A stretch of DNA of 64,000 nt, from positions 7,266 to 71,265 of the forward strand of contig JBDWRU010000010.1 in the NCBI GenBank assembly GCA_039985875.1, in the 5' to 3' direction. Below are positions 57,599-64,000 of this stretch, one piece after another. The position numbers and the translations under genes were made by a program. Under the pieces are notes generated by a model. The model ran no database searches and was not told the origin of the DNA. It worked only from the letters and a program-made list of their open reading frames with translations. The stretch's first letter is position 1. Each line of letters begins with the position of its first letter. The stretch is from Erythrobacter sp. (GTDB lineage Bacteria; Pseudomonadota; Alphaproteobacteria; Sphingomonadales; Sphingomonadaceae).

Positions 57599-57753
57599 CA
57601 ACCTTTAGACCACCCTTCACAACGGCGCGGAATTTCGATGTTCAGCGAAACGGCGCATTGTGCTATGCCTCGCAGTGTGCAAATTGTGCTTGATCGCATG
57701 AGCCCACCAGGCTCAATCTGGGCTCAAATACATCGATGAATTTTGGAGCAACC

Positions 57754-58311
57754 ATGCGTATTTCTTCCATTCTTTTGAGTGCTTCTTTGGCAGTTTCCGC
57801 GCCCTTTGCTTTGCCAGCAACTGCGCACGCGCAATCAGCCCAAGACCAGTTCGAAGTGGCATTTCAATCGCGAGAAGCCCAGCGCCGCGCGACCATCTCG
57901 CGCACCATGGCCTTTAACGATGAGGAGGCCGCCGCATTCTGGCCGGTCTATGATCAATATCGGCTGGTGGCGAAAAGCCATCAATTGCGCCGCCTTCGGA
58001 TGATCCAGATGCTCGCTCAGAACACAGTGGGGATGAATGCTCAGACAGCAAGCGGGATCATGTCCTCCGCGCTCGCTCTCGAAGGCGAGGAGCAATCGGC
58101 AAAACAATCCTATCTCGCCGAGCTTGCACCGCACTTTTCCGGCGCGCGCTATTTCCGGCTCTATCAGCTTGAGACGAAACTCGATGCGATCTTCACCTTT
58201 GGCTGGACCAAGGGCATCCCGCTGGCGATCACTGAGGAAGAGCGGGTGATCCTTGAGCAGGGGCTGCAAGCACAGCAGGCGGCAGAGGCCGCGGCGCGAC
58301 CGACGATCTGA
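57754..58311 (+). CDS. Secreted hypothetical protein
   Basis: ATG 57754 lies 5 nt after GGAG. Signal peptide MRISSILLSASLAVSAPFALPATAHAQ. Confidence 0.5.
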   Translation: MRISSILLSASLAVSAPFALPATAHAQSAQDQFEVAFQSREAQRRATISRTMAFNDEEAAAFWPVYDQYRLVAKSHQLRRLRMIQMLAQNTVGMNAQTASGIMSSALALEGEEQSAKQSYLAELAPHFSGARYFRLYQLETKLDAIFTFGWTKGIPLAITEEERVILEQGLQAQQAAEAAARPTI

Positions 58312-58598
58312 TTGCACCCAATAACGGTGTTTTGACGGTGTAAGCGACGGCCCGCCGCCGTTTTCACATGAAAACGCGCACGCCAGAAGGCCCGCTTGTG
58401 CGCCCACCACGCATCCGTTCGAACGTTCGAAAAACGAGTTCCTTTTTGCGCCATCGACTCGCATTCGATCCCAAAAGCACCTCACCTTACCCCAGTGAAA
58501 ATCGAATGTTCATCGAAAATACAGCAACACCTCAATAGCTTACATAGTCATTAGAGACGTTAGGCTTGAAAATTCGTCTCTAAGGGAGGACAACCGAA

Positions 58599-58925
58599 AT
58601 GAAGAAGATACTGACAGCAGCCGCGATCGCCGGAATGGCAACGATGGGTCCGGCAACCGCTTTTGCGCACCCTAACGATGATGTGAAGGCGCCCAATGAG
58701 TGCAAGGCAATTGATTCATGGACATGGGGCAAAGCCCGCAAGGGCATGTCGCTTGATGCCATTGAAAAGCTCTTTGGATGTCACGGCAGCCACCACCAAA
58801 CGGTGGAGATGAAGGCTGGCAATATTGAAAGCTACCACTTCAAGCGCGGCACCAAAATCTTGGTCCGGGTCACGTTTAGAGATGGCAAAATGCACAACAA
58901 ATACGGCTATTACAGCGGTCTTTGA
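58599..58925 (+). CDS. Small secreted protein (108 aa)
   Basis: AAGGGAGGA RBS and signal peptide MKKILTAAAIAGMATMGPATAFA. No firm family. Confidence 0.55.
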   Translation: MKKILTAAAIAGMATMGPATAFAHPNDDVKAPNECKAIDSWTWGKARKGMSLDAIEKLFGCHGSHHQTVEMKAGNIESYHFKRGTKILVRVTFRDGKMHNKYGYYSGL

Positions 58926-58980
58926 TGCAGCCACTTGGCGCGCTCGCCAATGGCATTGAAGCACTGAGTTGAGACACAAA

Positions 58981-59023
58981 GGAGCTGGCTTGCCGAAATG
59001 GCAGGCTGGCTCCTTCTCTGTTT
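58981..59023 (+). terminator. Rho-independent terminator
   Basis: 14-bp stem (GGAGCUGGCUUGCC / GGCAGGCUGGCUCC, three G-U pairs) with loop GAAAU, then UUCUCUGUUU. Confidence 0.65.
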
Positions 59024-59061
59024 GGGCCTCTATTTAGGTCCGGCTTACAACGCCGCCGGCT

Positions 59062-59907
59062 TCAACAGCTTGCGTTGAAGAATTCCACTGCCTCGACAAT
59101 CTTCTTGTACTTGCGGAAGCCTTTGCGCGTCTTGGCGTCGGCTGCTGTGCACCGTGCAAACAGGTTGTTCAGGGCGCTTTCGTAATTGGCTTTGGTGATC
59201 GCCGTCAGAGTGTCGGCGCTTTCGTCATAGAGCAGGTATTCCTTCTCTGTGATTTCGATCGAGCTGAGCGCTTGGCCCAACGCGCGGCCTGCGGACGTTC
59301 CCTCGGTCAAACTCTCTTCAACGGTGCGGCCGCTTTTGATCGCGTCAATCACCCCTTGCCGTCCTACTGCACCAGACAGGCTGGCGATGGTTCCGGCCGG
59401 AAGGAAATCTGACAATGGTCGCGATGTACCAGCCGATGGATTATAGGAAAGGCGCATTTTGCCCGACACCAGCCGCCGCAAATAGGCGCCATCATAACGG
59501 TCATAGGTCCGCAGCTCTTTCTTGGTCTGCTGGGTAATAAGCAGAGCATCTGTAGAACTAAGATAGATCGCATCCACTTCGCCTTCTGGAATGACCAGAA
59601 GTATACGCTTGATAAAGTTCCAGTCACGTGCCGTTCCTAAAGCTGCAACGCGTCCATTCAGCGTTGTGCCATCGCGTAAGGTCACTTCGCCTTGATAGAA
59701 CTTGGCCATACCCCATACGCCCGGATCATAGGTGTAGGCGTCGCGCTTTTTGCTGAAGCAAACCCCAGCAAAGACGCATTTGGTGCCCTCAATCCGTTCA
59801 GCATCTGCCGGAACGCCAACGACGTTGACCTTCTGCTTGGTCGCAAGGGCTGGCCCGGCAGCGAATCCGACGGCCAGCATCGCTAACCCTGCTGTGAGCG
59901 CACGCAT
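59062..59907 (-). CDS. Secreted hypothetical protein (281 aa)
   Basis: Signal peptide MRALTAGLAMLAVGFAAGPALA. No motif recognised. Confidence 0.5.
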   Translation of the reverse strand: MRALTAGLAMLAVGFAAGPALATKQKVNVVGVPADAERIEGTKCVFAGVCFSKKRDAYTYDPGVWGMAKFYQGEVTLRDGTTLNGRVAALGTARDWNFIKRILLVIPEGEVDAIYLSSTDALLITQQTKKELRTYDRYDGAYLRRLVSGKMRLSYNPSAGTSRPLSDFLPAGTIASLSGAVGRQGVIDAIKSGRTVEESLTEGTSAGRALGQALSSIEITEKEYLLYDESADTLTAITKANYESALNNLFARCTAADAKTRKGFRKYKKIVEAVEFFNASC

Positions 59908-59983
59908 GGCGGCTTTGGTTATGGTCTTAATCGTAGTTTCCTCTGCTCGGTTCTATCGGCCGTTTGTTTCTTCAACTTGGCTC

Positions 59984-62022
<2,039 letters not shown>

Positions 62023-62060
62023 CCGCATCATTAACGCGGCGTGCCGGCGAAATCCAGCGC

Positions 62061-62699
62061 TTAGTCGTCTTTCGACAGACCCAGAACACAGATGCCGAGC
62101 AAGATTGTTGCCAGAACGCCGCTCGCGCCTGACGGCATAATACCGCCACCGGTGATCGACATGCTGAGACCATAGCTCATCACAAAGGTGTTTGTGATCA
62201 TCGCGATGACCCCAACAAGAACGGTCAGCGGGCCAATAATTTTCCCGCCTCTGCTCAAGCAGCCAAGGCCAAAGACCAATGCCGCCAGCCCAAGCAGTAT
62301 CTTGGCTGCATTGTAGATGAAGAAAGACAGGGCAACGACCGATGCTGCTACTGGCTCCAAAGCCTCAAGGTTTCCAGATGCTTCTCTAAATGGGCCAAAC
62401 TGCGTCAGGCCAATGCCGACTTGGACGACGTTCAAAACCGCGGCGAACGCGATCGCAGAGAACCCCAGCGAGTACCGCTTGGTCGTGGCAAGAGCAGAAC
62501 CCGCAAAGGCTGCGAGGATCACAAACAGCAGCCCTTCACCGCCCCATAGAATTTCGCGCGGCACCGAAACTTCGGCGATATACAACCCCGTATAAAGCGC
62601 CTGCGTAGCGGCTGCTAGCAGTAGCAATATCGCAACGATTTGAACGGTGCGTTGTTGCGTAAAATCCATGTGTGCTTCCCCTGTAATGTAATAACTCAT
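62061..62699 (-). CDS. Polytopic membrane protein (hypothetical)
   Basis: 212 aa with about 6 hydrophobic helices. The start may be Met11 (62669). Confidence 0.5.
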   Translation of the reverse strand: MSYYITGEAHMDFTQQRTVQIVAILLLLAAATQALYTGLYIAEVSVPREILWGGEGLLFVILAAFAGSALATTKRYSLGFSAIAFAAVLNVVQVGIGLTQFGPFREASGNLEALEPVAASVVALSFFIYNAAKILLGLAALVFGLGCLSRGGKIIGPLTVLVGVIAMITNTFVMSYGLSMSITGGGIMPSGASGVLATILLGICVLGLSKDD

Positions 62700-62985
62700 T
62701 TCGTTTGTTCGCGCTCGCCAGCCAAATGGTTACCGTTTGCCGAGCGAAAAATGCAAGCGGTCATTGTGTCATAATCTGACGGGATCTGATACAAACTTGC
62801 GAAATGTCGCAAAACGACAATTACTTAGATGAGTTGCGCGCTAACGGGCATGTCATAGAAAACACTAATCTTTTTGAATGGGGCCAAAGATCGCGGCGTC
62901 TAGGACGCGCCGCCACGATAACAATAAAAACATAGGGTCGCATCTGGCCTCCTCTCACAATAACAAAAATTGAGGAGAAAAACCG

Positions 62986-64000
62986 ATGCGTATAATTTTC
63001 AAAACTGCGAGCGCGATGAGCGCGATCACTGCTGCGATCTTGGCTTCCAGTCCAGCTTGGGCCGATGGCACGGCGCCTTGTAACGACGGGGCGGGCAGTG
63101 ATAGCACCGAGTGCGGCACAAACTCGAATACCGGCACGGCTAGCGATGCAACCGCGGTTGGCGATGATTCCGACGCCACCGGCAACGAGTCCACCGCCGT
63201 GGGTAATATCGCGAATGCGAGTGGTCTCGATTCCACCGCCATTGGACAACAAGCGAACGCCACCGGTGACCGCTCCACTGCTTTAGGCGAGAACTCATTC
63301 GCCACTGCCAATGACGCCACCGCGCTTGGCCAAGAAGCGCGCGCCGACTTGCTTGAAACCACTGCTGTAGGGCATGGCGCTGATGTTGGCGGCATCTCTG
63401 CGACAGCCATTGGGGCAGATTCCAACGCAGCGGGCCTTGCCTCAGTCGCGCTTGGACACAATGCCAACACAGTGAGCAGTAATTCTGTTGCACTGGGCAA
63501 TGCCAGTCTGACCAACTCCGGCGATGGCAGTGTTGCCGTTGGCGGTAGTTCAACCACGTCTGGCACCATTTCCACCGCGGTGGGCGCAGCCAGCTCCGCT
63601 TCGGCCAGCAATGCAACAGCAATCGGTGCTGGCAGCGTCGCGCAGAATTCCCGAGACACAGTGGTCGGTGCATTCGCCACGACGGGTGGTGGGTCAATCA
63701 CCGGTGGCAATATTGCGATTGGTGGAACTTCTTTCTCTTCGGTGAGCACGACCGCAGACGGCATAACGGCGACTACTACAAACACCCGAACTACGGCCAA
63801 TGGCGGCAACGCGATTGCCTTGGGTACAGCGGCCCAAGCGACCGGCTCTTCTTCAATCGCGGTCGGACAAGATGCCAGTTCATCCGGCTCAAATGGAATC
63901 GCCGTGGGCAACGGCAGCTCTTCGACAAATTTCAACGCCGCGGCGTTTGGCACTGGAGCGTCGGCTGCGGGCAACAGTTCAACTGCAATCGGAAACGGCT
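62986..64000 (+). CDS. YadA-like trimeric autotransporter adhesin, N-terminal part (runs off the window)
   Basis: Not in the ORF track because there is no stop before nt 64000. GAGGAG lies 8 nt upstream. Hand translation: MRIIFKTASAMSAITAAILASSPAWA, then 14-aa head repeats (ATAVGDDSDATGNE / STAVGNIANASGLD / STAIGQQANATGDR / STALGENSFATAND ...). It is still in frame at 63961 (SAAGNSSTAIGNG). Confidence 0.75.
   Translation, partial: MRIIFKTASAMSAITAAILASSPAWADGTAPCNDGAGSDSTECGTNSNTGTASDATAVGDDSDATGNESTAVGNIANASGLDSTAIGQQANATGDRSTALGENSFATANDATALGQEARADLLETTAVGHGADVGGISATAIGADSNAAGLASVALGHNANTVSSNSVALGNASLTNSGDGSVAVGGSSTTSGTISTAVGAASSASASNATAIGAGSVAQNSRDTVVGAFATTGGGSITGGNIAIGGTSFSSVSTTADGITATTTNTRTTANGGNAIALGTAAQATGSSSIAVGQDASSSGSNGIAVGNGSSSTNFNAAAFGTGASAAGNSSTAIGNG

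Noticed and set aside
62955-63974. 339-aa minus-strand ORF, the longest ORF reported at the right edge
   Set aside because: It is Ala/Pro/Val-rich with no motifs. It lies exactly antisense to a + strand frame that has an RBS, a signal peptide and periodic YadA-head repeats, so it is a shadow ORF of a GC-rich repetitive gene.

Overview
This is a 64-kb chromosomal segment from a roughly high-50s %GC alphaproteobacterium. Gene content and order fit Sphingomonadales/Erythrobacteraceae: a single RelA/SpoT, ybgC-tolQRAB-pal, a hisB-H-A-F-E cluster with small inserted genes, and a LOV/HWE-type kinase. That assignment is inference only. nt 1-7675 is the right-hand end of an integrated mobile island that abuts tRNA-Ser(GGA). 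It carries a large serine recombinase with its usual DUF3489/DUF2924 partners, a ParB-DNA methyltransferase fusion, two DUF5681 paralogs, and a dense CCTGTT repeat/palindrome array at the junction. At its far left is a visibly AT-richer cargo operon of three translationally coupled genes. These are a histidine kinase (5' end outside the window), a receiver domain fused to a HEPN-like Rx4H domain, and a PNKP-type HAD phosphatase. I rank this operon as the best candidate for an undescribed system: a phosphorelay-gated RNase with Detocs-like logic. The rest of the window is mostly housekeeping or metabolic: cyclophilin, spoT, hemF, pdeM, infC, tol-pal, his genes, sspB, gmk, dapD and thiC with its TPP riboswitch. 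It also holds an acyl-CoA dehydrogenase-rich lipid catabolic block that includes a split ACAD10/11-like kinase + ACAD pair. Several accessory-looking items are interspersed. They include a lipase with a periplasmic ankyrin lipoprotein and a small acidic protein, an AT-richer leaderless EndoG-type nuclease, and a Rieske protein with apparently permuted domain order. There is also an S8 autotransporter with 23 consecutive prolines, a LOV histidine kinase, and a partial YadA-like adhesin at the right edge. I saw no rRNA, CRISPR array, transposase or IS element. All protein calls rest on motifs read by eye from the translations; no database search was possible.
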